NCBI GenBank assembly: GCA_964106645.2
Contig: OZ067053.1
DNA length: 64,000 nt
Strand: one strand, 5' to 3'
From: Podarcis pityusensis
Lineage: Eukaryota
Shown: positions 47,741-61,571 of the stretch, one piece after another
How positions within the stretch are numbered: the first letter of the stretch is position 1
Layout of the letters: every line of letters starts with the position of its first letter
The notes under the pieces: generated by a model
Databases searched by the model: none
What the model saw: the letters and a program-made list of their open reading frames with translations, nothing else
Told to the model about the DNA's origin: nothing
Program-made: the position numbers and the translations under genes

Positions 47741-49775
47741 CTTGGCTCGCTTTTATGAGCCAGGATGGGCAAGGGTCAAGGAGATAGGTGGTTGGTTTTG
47801 CTCATCCAAGCAGCCTGTCCACATCCTCGGAGGCAATAGGTTGAAAATGATCCCATACAACCTGACTAGACAGAGCTCTGGCACTCTCCCACCCCAGCTC
47901 TGCTACCATAGTGGAGTCTACCTCCTTCCATATTGAAATGGAATCCATCAATCAATGCCCTTTTGGAACCAAGGGCCCCTGCCCCAAAATGTTCATAGCA
48001 TACAGGACATGAATATGTCAGTGAGTGTGCAGGCATACTTGGCAACTACTGGGTGGATGTACAAGGCTGCCATGCTGGGTTCAAGCAACGTTTTGATGGA
48101 CCTGAATTAGTATTAGACATTACTGGTTTTTATTAGAAATGGTTTGCTGCTCTGCCTGCCACCATGCTCATTCCACTGTTTCTTTTGCCGTTAGGGGAAA
48201 TGTGCATGGCCTGCCTGGCCAATATCTGTTTCATTTGCTTAGATGAGCAATCCTTGCAGAGGGGCTGCTGTAAGCGTTTGAACTTCAAAAGCTCCTGACT
48301 GTTCCAGCAATCTTCTATTGTCACTGAGAATGGAAAACTTGAGATGTACGTGACCCAAAGTGTCAATGGTCATAAATGTATTGCACAGTTCAGAGCCACT
48401 GCTTCCATCAGATACAATTTCCACTGTTGCTGTTATCCTTGGTTTTGAATCAAGTCTATTTCTGTTTAAGCTTTTTCTCCTTTGCAATCAAGCTGTTTCC
48501 TGATTAGGGAGTGTTAAGCCTGCAGTCCTAAAGGTTATTTGTATTGTTGCAAGGAGTAAATGCATTTAAATTGGTGATACTTCAGAGAAAACATCTTTTG
48601 ATGAGACTGCAAGCCATCATGCTGAATTTAATATTTTCATTCAGCAACTGTCTATAAAGTCATCAATATCTCCTGAGGGATGTGGTAGAAGATAGAAACT
48701 AGCAATCCTACAAAGTACGGTAATATGATTCTGCAATAGAAGAGGATCAGAGCACGGTTATGGTTCAGGTAATGGAACTATTGCATGTTCAACATTTAGT
48801 GGGCGTACAAAGATATGTGCACATTAGACCAGGAGAAAGCTGGAATATAATCATTCCTGACAAAGGAATGCATAACCCCGGTCTTTTAAGCTAAAGATAA
48901 TCTGAGGAATATTATCAAGACAAGAATTTTACACAATTGCTCAGTGTGAAGGAGCCAAGAATGAATGGACAATTGACCACTATGAAAAATAGTATAGGTT
49001 TTTTTACATGTGTCCTTTAAAAAAAATGAAGATACTATTGGATGTCCAAAATAAGACTAATTCGGGAGGCCTGGGCTTAATTGGCACACACAAGGGGGTG
49101 TATAAAAAAACACACACACAAAAACCAAGAGTTTGTATCAAGAATGACTATGGGCACCTTTTACTCTCTTTTCTGTGCTCCAGTGAGCACTCTTGGAGTG
49201 GTTGGGAGAACTCAGCCCTAGGCAGTGAGGGTACATGTCGACCTTCCCCAACCCAGTGCCCTCTAGATGTTTTGGACTACAAATCTGAACAGCCCTGGCA
49301 TCATGCAGCCTTGTTTGACAGAGTGCTCTGTTTCATGTATTGAGGAACATGTTTTGGACATGCAACAGTCTGCTTACTTTGCTTGTAGGGTTTTTGGTTT
49401 TTTTAACTGATGAAACTGGCAATTTTCTAAGACAAGATTTTATGAAGATTTGTTAACTTTGTCAGCAAAGGGTCTTGTGGGAGCATTGTGGCATAATCTG
49501 TCATGGACTACAGCCCACTTCATCAAATGCATAGAGTGTGATCCTCTTGTGTTTGCAAAAAGAGCCTGGTCACCTTTCACAATAGCAGTGGTTGGTGATA
49601 ACAGAATCATCTTGGGATTGCTGTGTAAATTTTATGCATCTGTACTGAGACAGTAGAACAAGGTCTCTATTTAGACACAAGTACTAGAACTGAAAATTTT
49701 CATAAACTGCAATTTCACCCTGGATGTTCTCCTTTAAAGCTGCTTAATTCCAGGATGGCCACATTAAGCTCAGTA

Positions 49776-50016
49776 CAGTGGTACCTCGGTTTAAGAACAG
49801 TCCTCTTTAAGAACGATTCGGTTTACGAACTCTACAAAACCGGAAATAGTGTCCTGGTTTGAGAACTTTACCTTGGTCTAAGAATGGAATCAGAATGGTG
49901 GAAGGGCACCGGCGGCGTGAGGCCTCACTAGGGAACGCACGCCTTGGTTTAAGAACGGTTTTGGTTTAAGAATGGACTTCTGGAACAGATTAAGTTCGTA
50001 AACCAAGGTACCACTG
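49776..50016. mobile_element. Tigger/pogo-like MITE
   Basis: TA-CAGTGGTACCTCGGTTTA ... TAAACCAAGGTACCACTG-TA. Confidence 0.85.
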
Positions 50017-51480
50017 TAACAGAGAGGCCCAGTAGGCTGAAAAGTTATCCTACTGATTCCTGAATGAATGCCATTTCTGGTGTCAGATCTGTGTACAATT
50101 ATTTAACCAGGCCAGTCCCTAAGCAAAAGAATATTTTTTTAATTTGTCAATTTGGGTTCAAATAAATCAGGCAGGCTTGCACAAGTTGTGACTCAGCAAG
50201 CCAAATGCTTGATAATCTGCTTGTCCATCCCCCCACCCCCACTTTTTCTTTTACTGCCTGCCAGGGGAGTTGTCAAGCAACCATCTGGCTGGCCGCAGGA
50301 CACAGCCAGTGGGCTGCATTTGGCTCAGTAGGTCATAATGTTGTGCTGGCATTTTCTACAAAAAGAGATTCAAAGACCTCTTTTAAATGTAGGTGCCTGA
50401 AAATACATCTGATGCTTGAGTCTGGCTTTGTTAGAAAATAAAATGTTTTAAGGCTCGCTTTTGGATGGTGAGTGGCCTTTTCTTATTGACAAACGCTGGT
50501 AAACTCTATTTGAGGAGTTGGACTCACTCCGCATAGGACAGGTGGGATGAGCTGGAACTGCCTTGACTGGGGTGCTGCTCCCGTGCTCAAGGAATTTCAG
50601 CTTGCAATATTAAGCCAGAAGCTTCCTCTATTTCAGCAGCCCCAGTTCTTTTCCTCCCCTGTTTCCATAACAACGTGTTTGTAATGGAGCACATAAATGC
50701 ATTCTGAGGTTTTCTGACAGCAGTGCCCTTCCATCGTTAGCTTGTAAATCCTAAATTCTCACAGCAGAACCTGGGGAGTCTGTAACACAGAGGGGGTTTC
50801 TTTAATGGTAACTGTCAGTCCAGCCCAGAGCTAGGCACTGGCATTCTCAAGGCCAGGCTCTGAAGGGAAGTGACTCGTGCACAACACTATCCAAATTTCA
50901 TGTGCAGCAGCCCCAGCTGGAAAGGAAAGAAGGATGGCTCTTGTGCACTCGTTCTTCCATCCCTACATTTTCCTCTGTGCCTCTGCACAATTTCTATTAT
51001 TCACGTCAACAGCGTTAGCTTGAGGGGTGAATGGCTGACTCATGTGGACTTGGCTGCTTCCACAGTGAGACCCCTCTGATTCAGACAGGGGAAACCAGAC
51101 ACATGTTTCAGATGATGTTGGTCCTGCTTCATGTAAGTTTGAGTACAACGTGTCAGATGATGTTTACATGCTTATTCTGCTTCAATATTATTTAGAGGAG
51201 AAAAGCCATCCTAGAATGTTGAGATGTGTGTTTAATTGTAGAAAGTAAGTGATTTGGGGGGCAAAGGGGGTGAGCAGGCGGATCCCCATACTTGCCAAGT
51301 AAAGGGGGCATATGGCAGGTGCAGCGGGATGGGTGCTTGCTAAAGTGCTCTTTGCTATAGAGCTATTAAACGTATGGATTATTTATGCCTTTCCCCCCTC
51401 CCTTGCATCTGGCCATTCTCCTTCGTCAGGCAGCTGCAATGATTTGTTTAGGTAACATATAGATGCCTGTTCTGCTAAAC

Positions 51481-52083
51481 CAGAGATTTTCAACCTTTTC
51501 CAATCCACGGCTCCCTTGACCAACTACATTCTTTCCACGGCACCCCTGTGGGGCTCAGGAGCCCAGTTGTGTCACTGCTTTCCAGCAGCGCTGGCAGCCT
51601 CTCACCCTTTTTTCAAATACCCTCCCTTGTGGAGTGTTCCCTCAGCCTCCTCTCCTCTCCCCTCTCCTTAGGAGTCCTCTGGGCAGCTGTTGCTGCCACC
51701 CCTGGTCTCTGAGCTGCCCACCCTGCCCCAAAGAGAGGTGCCTCCTCACACTGCCCCATAGAGGCCTGGGACTACAGCAAGGGCTGGTGGATTGGCTGGT
51801 TGGACTCCCTCGCCTGCTTGCTGGGCCTACTCCAAGGCCACCTCAGCTCCTGGCAACCAGCACCTTCTGACCATCCCCAGAGACACCATTCACCTGCAGA
51901 GCTTGTAGCCAGGGCTGCTGCAACGAACAGCTGTGCAAGCCTTTGGGAGGCAAAGATGTGATAGGGCATCAGAGGAGGGAGGGAGGGAAGGGAACAGGGA
52001 CGGAGACCAGAGTTGCCTGTGGCACTCCTGACTATCATTCAAGGCACCCCAGGGTGCCATGGCACACTGGTTGAAAACCACTG
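51481..52083. mobile_element. 603-bp non-autonomous hAT element
   Basis: TIRs CAGAGATTTTCAACC / GGTTGAAAACCACTG; perfect 8-bp TSD TGCTAAAC (51473-51480 and 52084-52091). Confidence 0.88.
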
Positions 52084-53971
52084 TGCTAAACCATCACCTC
52101 CCCCTCTCCTTCTGAAGTTCCTGGATGGTGTGTCTTAATCTCTTTAGCAGATAGGCATGGCTCCATTCTCCAAATGCCTCACTAGGGCAAGGGTCACCCA
52201 GTCTTCTAGGCCAGCCATGCCTCGCATGCACAGCAGTGCAGAGCAATGGGAGATCCCAGGAGCCCAACCGTTTTATTCCCTTCAGACTTCGCAAACAATT
52301 TATTTGAAATTTTCAAATAAAATTTATAAGTGCAAACAACTTCTGTTAGAGTGGAATAATAGGTTTTCTTTGTTCCTGGGCAGCGGGGATGCATTCTCCT
52401 TACCCTGTTCCTCAGATCCCTACCACCACAAAAATGTGTGCTGAAAATTAAGATTTGTGCTTAGGAAGGCCCTGTTTAAAGACATCTTAACTGGAGTTAA
52501 GTTTTAAGGACAGGGCAATGTAATGTTACTTGACTTTCTGCCTTTTGCATTTTATTTTCGAAAGTGACAACATTATCATCTTGACATACTGGGGGGTGGG
52601 GGTGGTTATACACATGTGCTCGAATGCATTGTTAAAAATAGGCCTCCTTTAAAACACACACACACCCAACTCCTCCAGTTTCCTTAAACACAGATTGAGA
52701 CTTCCTATATGATGCATATGCACACATACAAAAGTTGCCTTCTTCACAGAATCAAATCGAGTTGAGCAACATTACATTTCTTTCTCGACCAATGGTTCTG
52801 ATTTTGTGGGAATAGCCTACCTACTTAAAATGGATTTGCAACATTTTGGCACTGATACTGTGCTTTAATCCTCTTGGAATTGTAACTGGTTTAGAAGGCA
52901 TCAGCAGGGGTCCCCAATTTCTGCCTCCACCCGTGCCTTGCTCTGGGGAGATGTTGTGCATGGGTTGGAATAGTGCGCCACAACTCTGTTTGGTGAGATA
53001 TCTCTCAGAGAAGAAGACCACTGTTCCATGCAGTGGCATCCTCAATGTCTTGAACAATAATGTGAACACTATGTTACAATTTTCATAGAGAGAGAAGCCT
53101 CATAATTAAATGTGCAGTATACGTTGTTTCAAAGCCTGTACTGTAGCCAAGGTGAATCCCTAAGAGATTGCTATGCTGACATAGCAGCGTCAGCAGCATA
53201 CAGGTCTTGCTTTGAGCAGAGCAGCCCATGGATCCTCAATCTCAGATTCCCAGAGCAGGCATTACTAGAGATGGACATCCTCCTGCTTCCCCAGCATTCT
53301 CTTGAGGGTCATTAGGACCAGAGCAGAGAGACACGCCCTTTCCCGCTATCCAATGAACTACCAAGGGCAGTACAATTCACTCTTGCCAGAAGCCCAAACT
53401 GACCGCTTGCAGAGGGCTTTTGAAATCAGGGTTTGGCCTGCATGTCATTAGCCCAAGTGCTACAAGTTGTCCACCCTGGTATAGTGCTTGCCTTAAGGGT
53501 GCAACTAATTGTTACCAAACAAAAAACCTGGAGAATCATTTCCATATCTGGTTTTCCTTTCCCAGTGGCTTCCTGTGAGTCCTGGCACCCAGACACTGGG
53601 GGCAGATTTTGTGAAAAGGAGGAGGACTTGGCATGGTGGGGGTGGCACTGTCTGCAGCACCCCTCTCTCTTTTCATTGGCTGATTCTGCCCCCTGAGCCG
53701 AGATTTGAGCTGCAGCCCTGCAAACATGCTTATTATGGTGCTGCAGCTAAGGAGGCCTCTTAAGGCCAAGCTGCCCTCATCTCCAGACTGCAGAGCAAGC
53801 ATAACTGTGACATGGCTGCAAAATCAGGGCATAACAGACTTATTTTTTATTTATTTTATTTTTTGTCCCACCTTCCTCCCAGGCTGGCTCACAACATCGA
53901 TTAAGACAGTTGCAGCTAAAAACACACCATCAATAAAAAAAATTTTTTTTAAAAAAACAATTAAATAAGTA

Positions 53972-54198
53972 CAGTGGTACCTCGGGGTTACATACGCTTC
54001 AGGTTACAGACTCCGCTAACCCAGAAATAGTGCTTCAGGTTAAGAACTTTGCTTCAGGATGAGAACAGAAATCGTGCTCCGGCGGCGTGGCAGCAGCAGG
54101 AGGCCCCATTAGCTAAAGTGGTGCTTCAGGTTAAGAACAGTTTCAGGTTAAGTACAGACCTCCGGAATGAATTAAGTACTTAACCCGAGGTACCACTG
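53972..54198 (+). mobile_element. Tigger/pogo-like MITE nested in an old L2 remnant (~53845-54560, -)
   Basis: TA TSD on both sides and intact TIRs; the flanks continue an L2-like 3' end. Confidence 0.85.
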
Positions 54199-57100
54199 TA
54201 ACCCTATTAAAAATTACTTAAAACCAATTTAAAGTGCAAACACGCAAAGTGCAACACCCACCCTCAGAAGAACCTGTCACAACAGACATTAAGTGGCCAA
54301 AGGCCTGCTAGAACAAGGAAGCCTTTGCTTGCCAGCAAAAGGAAAGCAGAGAGGGAGTCAGGCAAAGCTCCCATGGAAGGGCATTCTACAGTCTGGTAGC
54401 AGACATCAAGAAGGCCTTCTCTCATGTCCTCAGCAAATGTGCCTGTGAAGGTGGTGGGACTGAGAGTGGCGTCTCCCCAGAAGATGTCAAAGCCCAGACA
54501 GGCTCATATAGGGAGATATGGTCCTTCAGGCAGCCTGGACCCAAGCCATATAGGGCTTTGGAAGTGGAATAGGAAAAATCCTTCACCCCTGAAAAGCAGA
54601 CTGGTCTCTGTGTTAGGGAATCATTCTGCCAGAAATAAGTAGAAAGTTTCTAGAAGGCTCCAGAGTTTTTCCTTTATATATGAGAGTGGTACTCTGAGCT
54701 TAATTAGCATCAGCTGGAAGTGCAAATAAGAAGACGACATCTGTCCGAAGAGTATTGCCTGTAAAATATTCTGAAGGACTGCTCCTGTAATTTACGACGT
54801 GTAGGAGATGAAAGACTTTTGTTTGAAAGTGTACAGTTAATTGCTGTTTATGTTAACAGTCGAAAATATATTGGCTACCGTAATGCTTGTACCCGGTCTG
54901 GGAATAAAATCTCTTGACCGAGACTTCACAGAGTTTGTGTGAGTCATCTTTAGAACAACTTCGTCATTGTCCACTGCTTCTGCGCAAGAGACAGAAAGAA
55001 GATAAACTCTGCTAAACAGTTTTAAAGAGGTTTTACCTAACCACCAGTATCTGCGCAGTGAAAGTGTGTGGACGGTAATCTCTAATACTCTGCTGCCTTG
55101 TAGGGATGGAGGCAAAAATGCAGCTTCCACAATTAAAAGTGGAAGCAGCAGCCAGAAAATATATTATCAAATCTGCCATTAGTTCTCTGATGCAAATTAA
55201 AGAAGAAAAGGCAAGAGACCGATTTTATTTTTAAACAAATTCAGAAAGAGCTTAATAGGGAAATATATCCCTATTACGGTAAATGCTTAAAGGATTGTGT
55301 GGAGGGGAATGTGGGAGTGGGAGGGACCGCAAGAATAATAGTATACAGTGGAAAATAATTACCCACTCCATTTGCAGACAGTTTTTAATGGAGAAATATT
55401 AGGGGCTTAATATTTCCCCCTCAGGCCGCCATTTTGGCAAAGTAGCCCTTGCTGTGATAAACTGCAGCTGGGTTTGGTGTAATTATGACCGAAGGGGGCG
55501 AACTGCCCCCTTTCTGTATTGGCAGTCAGGAGGGGAGCTGCAGGCACTGGGAAGGGTGCCTTTGGGGGCTGCCTGGCTAAGGCTGTGCTTGAACCCAGTC
55601 TGTCTGTGGGAGATGAGGTTGCCGTATACACACGCAAACAGGTTTGCTGCTTTGAGCAGCTCTTGGCTCCTGTCTTGCTGTGGAATAAAATAAGCACATA
55701 GGGTTGGCTAGTGGGTGGGGACAGACGTACCTTTTCCTCAGCTGCATTTGTTGTGCTTCCTTAAAGATGGGGACGTTATGACACTGATCTGTGCTTCTGT
55801 AACCTCCAAAATGGACTACTGCACAGTAGTGTAGAGGAGGCTGCAGTGAGTGCAGAGGGTTGTCACTTAAAGTCTTCTAATGACTGGGGTGAAAAGTGTG
55901 AGCATGTCCAGTCCAAACTGGCTTCTGGGCTTTAAGGCGCCTTCGGGCCTAGGACCCATACAAGCCTCAGGGACCTTGGAAATACTACACAAGAGGCAGC
56001 AGAACTCTTTAAGTCCTCACATCCTCTGCAGCGAGTCACTGTGAGAGGGAGGGAAGGGAACACCTCCAACCCACCTCCTTGCTTTCTGATGGGGTGGGCT
56101 TGGGGTAGATGGTGGGGAGGAAAAGCAGGAGGCCTTTTCCAGCCTGGATTCTGATCCCTGAGGGACCAGGGTTGGTGATGGGGGCTTAGCAGCTCAACTT
56201 TGCTTTTGAACAGGCATTTAACAACTGCCAAAGCTTGTTTCTGAGGTCAGGCCCAGGAGAACTTTGCTGTCACCACTACAGCTTCTTTGCTTGCTGTAGC
56301 AAATGCCCCTCTGTGGAGTACTAGGCCTGAAAGCCTTGCCAGGTTTGTACCAGGAACATCTACATCACCCCATTTGTAAAGAGCATAAAGGGCTTCCTAA
56401 GAACCTGCAACTCTATGAAACGATCCAAGTAACATTTGTGCTCCTGCCTGTGTGTCTCTGTACCACCCACCACCCTCTTTCGCATAATTTCAGCTCACAT
56501 ATGCAGAAAACTTATGAAGAATCCTCTGCCATTGGGGGACACTTGGTGTGGACACTTTGTGAACCTTTGTGTGGAATGTTTTGTGCCTGTCTCTGTGCCT
56601 GCTTCAGTGCTACAGTACCTGACACACACAAACACACACACAATCTTTCCCCGTGTTTCTGAATATATTTACACCTATAATATCACTATGCTTATTTGCT
56701 ATTTCCATGGAAACCTGAGTAGGAACTTCAAGTGACTGCATTCAATTACAGTGGTTAGACAAAAGTGTGTTCCCTCGTTGTCTACCGTCAGGCCATTTTC
56801 TGGCAGAGCTGATCCAAGCTAAGTGCTGATATAATGACTGATTGATTTTTATATGTATCACCTTATTTCACTAGTTCAGGGCTGGTTACCATCTGAAAAG
56901 ATAACCATGTAAGACATACAAAGTGCAATGCTCAAGCTATTAACACTGTTCTGAAATAGTCAATATGCAAGCTTGCAGCTGGAGCCCTTCTGGCTGGCTG
57001 CTTCATCCCTCTCCACTCCAAGTTCACAGCCCCTTTTGCAGATGGGGACTAACTTCCCCAAACCATTCTTTTCTCCCGCTTTGCCTTTGCTGATTTTACC

Positions 57101-59507
57101 TCATCTAATATTCTGTGAATCATCTTGATTTTCCCTCTGAGCTGAATTCCTTTTTCTGCTGTAGACAGAGAAGATTTCAGGGGGGGTGGGGGTAGCCTGG
57201 CTGCCAGAGAAACCCAGTGGTTGATGATGATGGCAAGTAGAGGAGCCCTGGACTTCTCTGAAACGCCAGAGATGTAAGATGAACTCATTGTGCTCTCAGG
57301 GCGTAGGGGTGGAATGCGACACTGTGACAAAATCGCACAAGTGGGGGAAATAAGTATTACAAGAGGGAACTTTGCTACTGTGGCTCAGAGTCCTTCAGTT
57401 TTGAAAAGAGGCAAGTGAGAGTGAGGCTTTATTGTCAGACCCTGGATTCCATTTCAGAATCACAAAAGCTGGTGATCTGGCTGGAATTTCCTCTCTTCCC
57501 TCCAGCGTGATGCTGCTTCAGAGTGTGATTCAATCATAGAGCCATTAATGAAGAGCATCATTCACAAATGGCATTAATCTGCAGGGGCATTTGCAGTGGA
57601 GAGGACATGACTCAAAGGGAGGGCGTTGGGTGTAAGGTAAGAGCTCTTGAATTAGTCCCAGGAGTAGTATGTGGAATTCTAAAGCATGAACAAGCATGAC
57701 CTTGGATGCTTATCCATCTTGTAATGATTTGCTTCCTTTATCTTGTGATTTCTCCAGAACCAAGGCTACTCTGCACATGGTTTGTTTCCTCTCTTGAAGG
57801 CCTTGACGTATGAACCAGGCCAGTGTTATTCCCTGCATGGTTTTCTGCAAATTTTCTCCGTTTGTTGTATTAAAGTTCCTGGAAGATACTGTTACAAGAA
57901 TTCAGCCTTGTATAAGCATTTGACTTGTTCATAACATGAATGTTCTGCATTACTCAACTCTGAATATCTTTCCATATACTAAAAGCCTCCAAGGCACATT
58001 GATCTCTCTTTGTAACTGGCATCACCTTGGGTGGCTTGTGACCTGAGGTGCTCCTAAGAAAGGCCCATCCAGATGGCAGGTTTTGGAAATCGAGCCATTG
58101 TTTGGACTGACAACAGCTTGTAGAATTTATGTACTTTCTCCCTCTAAAGGCCTTGTTAATTGTCACTGGCTTACTGTGTTGCCGTTATTATTGTTGTTAT
58201 TATTATATCAAGTAATACCTGGAAAGGGCTAAGGAAATCCAGGCTGCCCACACCCATGCTTTTCTGGTTCAAAACAGCACTACTTGCAGATCTGCTTGTA
58301 CATATATAAATTTTGAAAACTATTTCTTGTGCAATCCAGGCAAAGTTAAGCAACTTTAAATCCCATCAAGTATGTGCTTAATCCCCTCAATGAAATAAAT
58401 GAGATTAGAAGTACCTAGCCTCTGCTGGATGGAGTCCAGTGGTCTTGGGCTCTGCTTTCCACAAACAGCTTTTCTATCAGGAATTAGTGCCTGAATCTGC
58501 TAGTTTCCCGTTCCCAGCCCCCTTTCCTTCTGTAATGTCTACTAGGCTGTAAGTCTGTGGTCTTAGCTTTGTACAGCACCTAGGATAATGTAGGTGATTT
58601 CTAAACAATAAATAAGTGGGAGGAGGTTTTTGTTCTTTTGATCTGCTGTGCTTGGCAAGAGGAGTACAAGTTTCCTGCGGACACAAATGTAGAAGTGACC
58701 ATCTGGCACCTGATGAAATGCTTGGCCTTGAACGGTCACAAATGCCGCTTGTGCAGTGGGCTCCCTCCTCTCTGGAAATGATTACTTCAAATACTTTTAA
58801 ACGTCGTTTTTTAGTGGAGTTCAAAGTTATGTCTTCACTAAATAGGAAACAGCGTACCATGGACAGCTCCATGCGAAATCATCCTAGCAGCACGATGGCT
58901 ATAAAAAATGTATGTTGTTAAATGATGTCTTGGGCTTGCTTGACATGTGATGAAGTTCTCAAAACAGAAAACATTTCTCCTCTGCAAGGAAGCAGCACAT
59001 AAATTTGCCTATGTGGCGCCAATGAGACTGAAGGAGAAGGGTTGTAACTCTGTGGCCAAGTGGATGGTTTGCATGCAGAAGGTTGTGGGAGTGTGGATGT
59101 GCACGTGTGAACATGAGTTTGGAAAACTGTTTTTCCATTTTACAACTGGTGCTGTGAAAGCCTTATGTGTTTGTTTGGTTCCTCTACCAGAACGAGAGAG
59201 AAAGAGATCTGCTGTTTCCAAGTTTAAATTAGCCAGTGTTTGCAAAGCCTGGCACTCTCCTGACATTTTGGACCTCAACTCCCATCAGCCCCAGACACCA
59301 CAGCCATGTTGGGTGGAGCTGATGGAAGCTTTAATCCAACAATATCTGGAAGGCAGCAGACTACTCAAGGCTGGTACAAGCTAACACTTCTTTAAAAGAA
59401 AATCCATCTTTGGGGCAGCTTGGGTGAGAAGCACCTTAAGACTATTCACTGAGGTGGCTATGGCTGTTGAGGTTCCTGCGTAATTTTGTGTGCGATTCTC
59501 TTGCTGA

Positions 59508-59873
<366 letters not shown>

Positions 59874-61400
59874 GGATCTGTGCAGATGAATCTGGTTTCT
59901 TAAGGTGATGTGAAACAGGCAAGCCACAGCTGCTTGCCACAGTGGAAACAATGGCGTAGTGCTTGGAAGACCCAGTCACGGAAGGGAGAAATCTGAAGTA
60001 TGTTCACAGATCCCTTCAACTGCCCACACACCTTTTTGCAAAAACAATGTCTTGGAGTGTGCAAGCCTCCCACCAAATGGCGAGGTTCTGAACTGTATGG
60101 AAGTGTTTTCACTACTATCACATCATCCACTGGCTCATTCCGTCTGTTTCATTTTCCCCCCCCCCCCACGAGATAGCAGAGCTTACCATGTTCTATGTAT
60201 AATGAGACAGATTGTTGTCCTTATTGTCCTAGAAACCATCATACTGTTGGAATGATGCAGAGCTGGTGAGTTGGGGAGAGGGCTGTGTTGCAACTCCCAA
60301 CCCCCAAGAGGGAAGAGACCAGAAGCTAGAGAACAGGCATATCTGAGCAAAGGGTTCCTTTAACCTACAGTCTGGTACTTGACCTGTACCAGATTATGTA
60401 CACATGGATCAAGCGTGCACAGGCACCTAACTTGCAGCAAGTACAAAGTACATACTAGATACACACATTGTCTTTGCATCATGGTTTATCATGAATTATC
60501 TCTCTGCGGAAGGAACTGATAGTGCAGAATCATCCCTGTGAGTCCCTGCCACCCTGACCAGTATAGCCCCTTCTGCTGTTCACAACTTCAACATGTGTGC
60601 AAAAAATAAGAAATGAATGGAAATGTTAAGTAATGACAAGGCCAAATTGTGGTCAGTGTTTCTTCTACCAGTGAGGAGTTTTATACATCAAAAGTCTTCT
60701 TTTACATCTTTTTTTGCCAAATCTTTGTGCTCTTTCACAAAAACTCTAAAAGTTGAATAAGTGGTTGAGTGTTGTTGGTTTTTTTTAAATACAGATATAT
60801 GAAGGTATACATTTTTTTTAATTATTGTTTTGTGTCTGGATTTTGAGTGTGCCAACGGACAATCCTGTTCCATTGCTCCAAGGAAAATTCTGACAAGTAT
60901 GGCAACATTTGCAACAGCCTTTCTAAACACAGGAGCCAATGAAACTGTGTACAATATAGCCTTTTAAGTCATTTTGTTTTGTTTTGGGAGGGGGGTGTTT
61001 ATTTTTTTAAAATGTGCTGTAATTATTAGGTGAACAGATGAGTGATATGAACAATACTTAAATGTCTTGATATTTAAATTTACAAAACTTAGTGGAATTT
61101 AAGGAATGGAAGTGATGCATTCCTCGGCTCCCTTTCATCCTGTATGCCAATAATACTGGATGGCATATTACTCTAGCAAATTTACAGCTAAGTTTGAATG
61201 CCTGAGAAGCTGTGTGTGAACTTACTGGATAATCTCACATGGATCCTAGGGCCAGTGCCCAGGCGGTTCCTTCTTCTCCCCCTTGTCCCTTGCAAAAGAC
61301 TTCTTACAGACTTCAGTGTAAGCTAAGTGTGTAAATAAATATACATTCAAGAATCGTAAAGCACATAAATGCACACACATACACACACTTGCTCTTACAC

Positions 61401-61402
<2 letters not shown>

Positions 61403-61432
<30 letters not shown>
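61403..61432. repeat. (CA)n microsatellite in the GNAZ 3' region
   Basis: About 15 CA units. Confidence 0.9.
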
Positions 61433-61436
<4 letters not shown>

Positions 61437-61565
61437 TCCTCCTGCCTCCCTCCGTTCCCCAGTTGTATGAAGATTAGTGAGAATTCTCAGCCAAGGGCTC
61501 TAAGAAAAACCTAAAGAGAAAACAGTGAATGATAAAAAAAATTACCGGCTGTCCACTTTTAAGAA

Positions 61566-61571
61566 AATAAA
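61566..61571 (+). terminator. Probable GNAZ polyadenylation signal
   Basis: AATAAA followed ~25 nt later by a GU-rich tract (GGTGTGTGTATGTAATGTTTGT). Another AATAAA lies at 61334-61339. Confidence 0.5.

Noticed and set aside
58848-58870. RE1/NRSE-like motif CAGCGTACCATGGACAGCTCC in GNAZ intron 2
   Set aside because: The right half-site is good but the left half is interrupted by 2 nt; cannot be supported without ChIP or conservation data.
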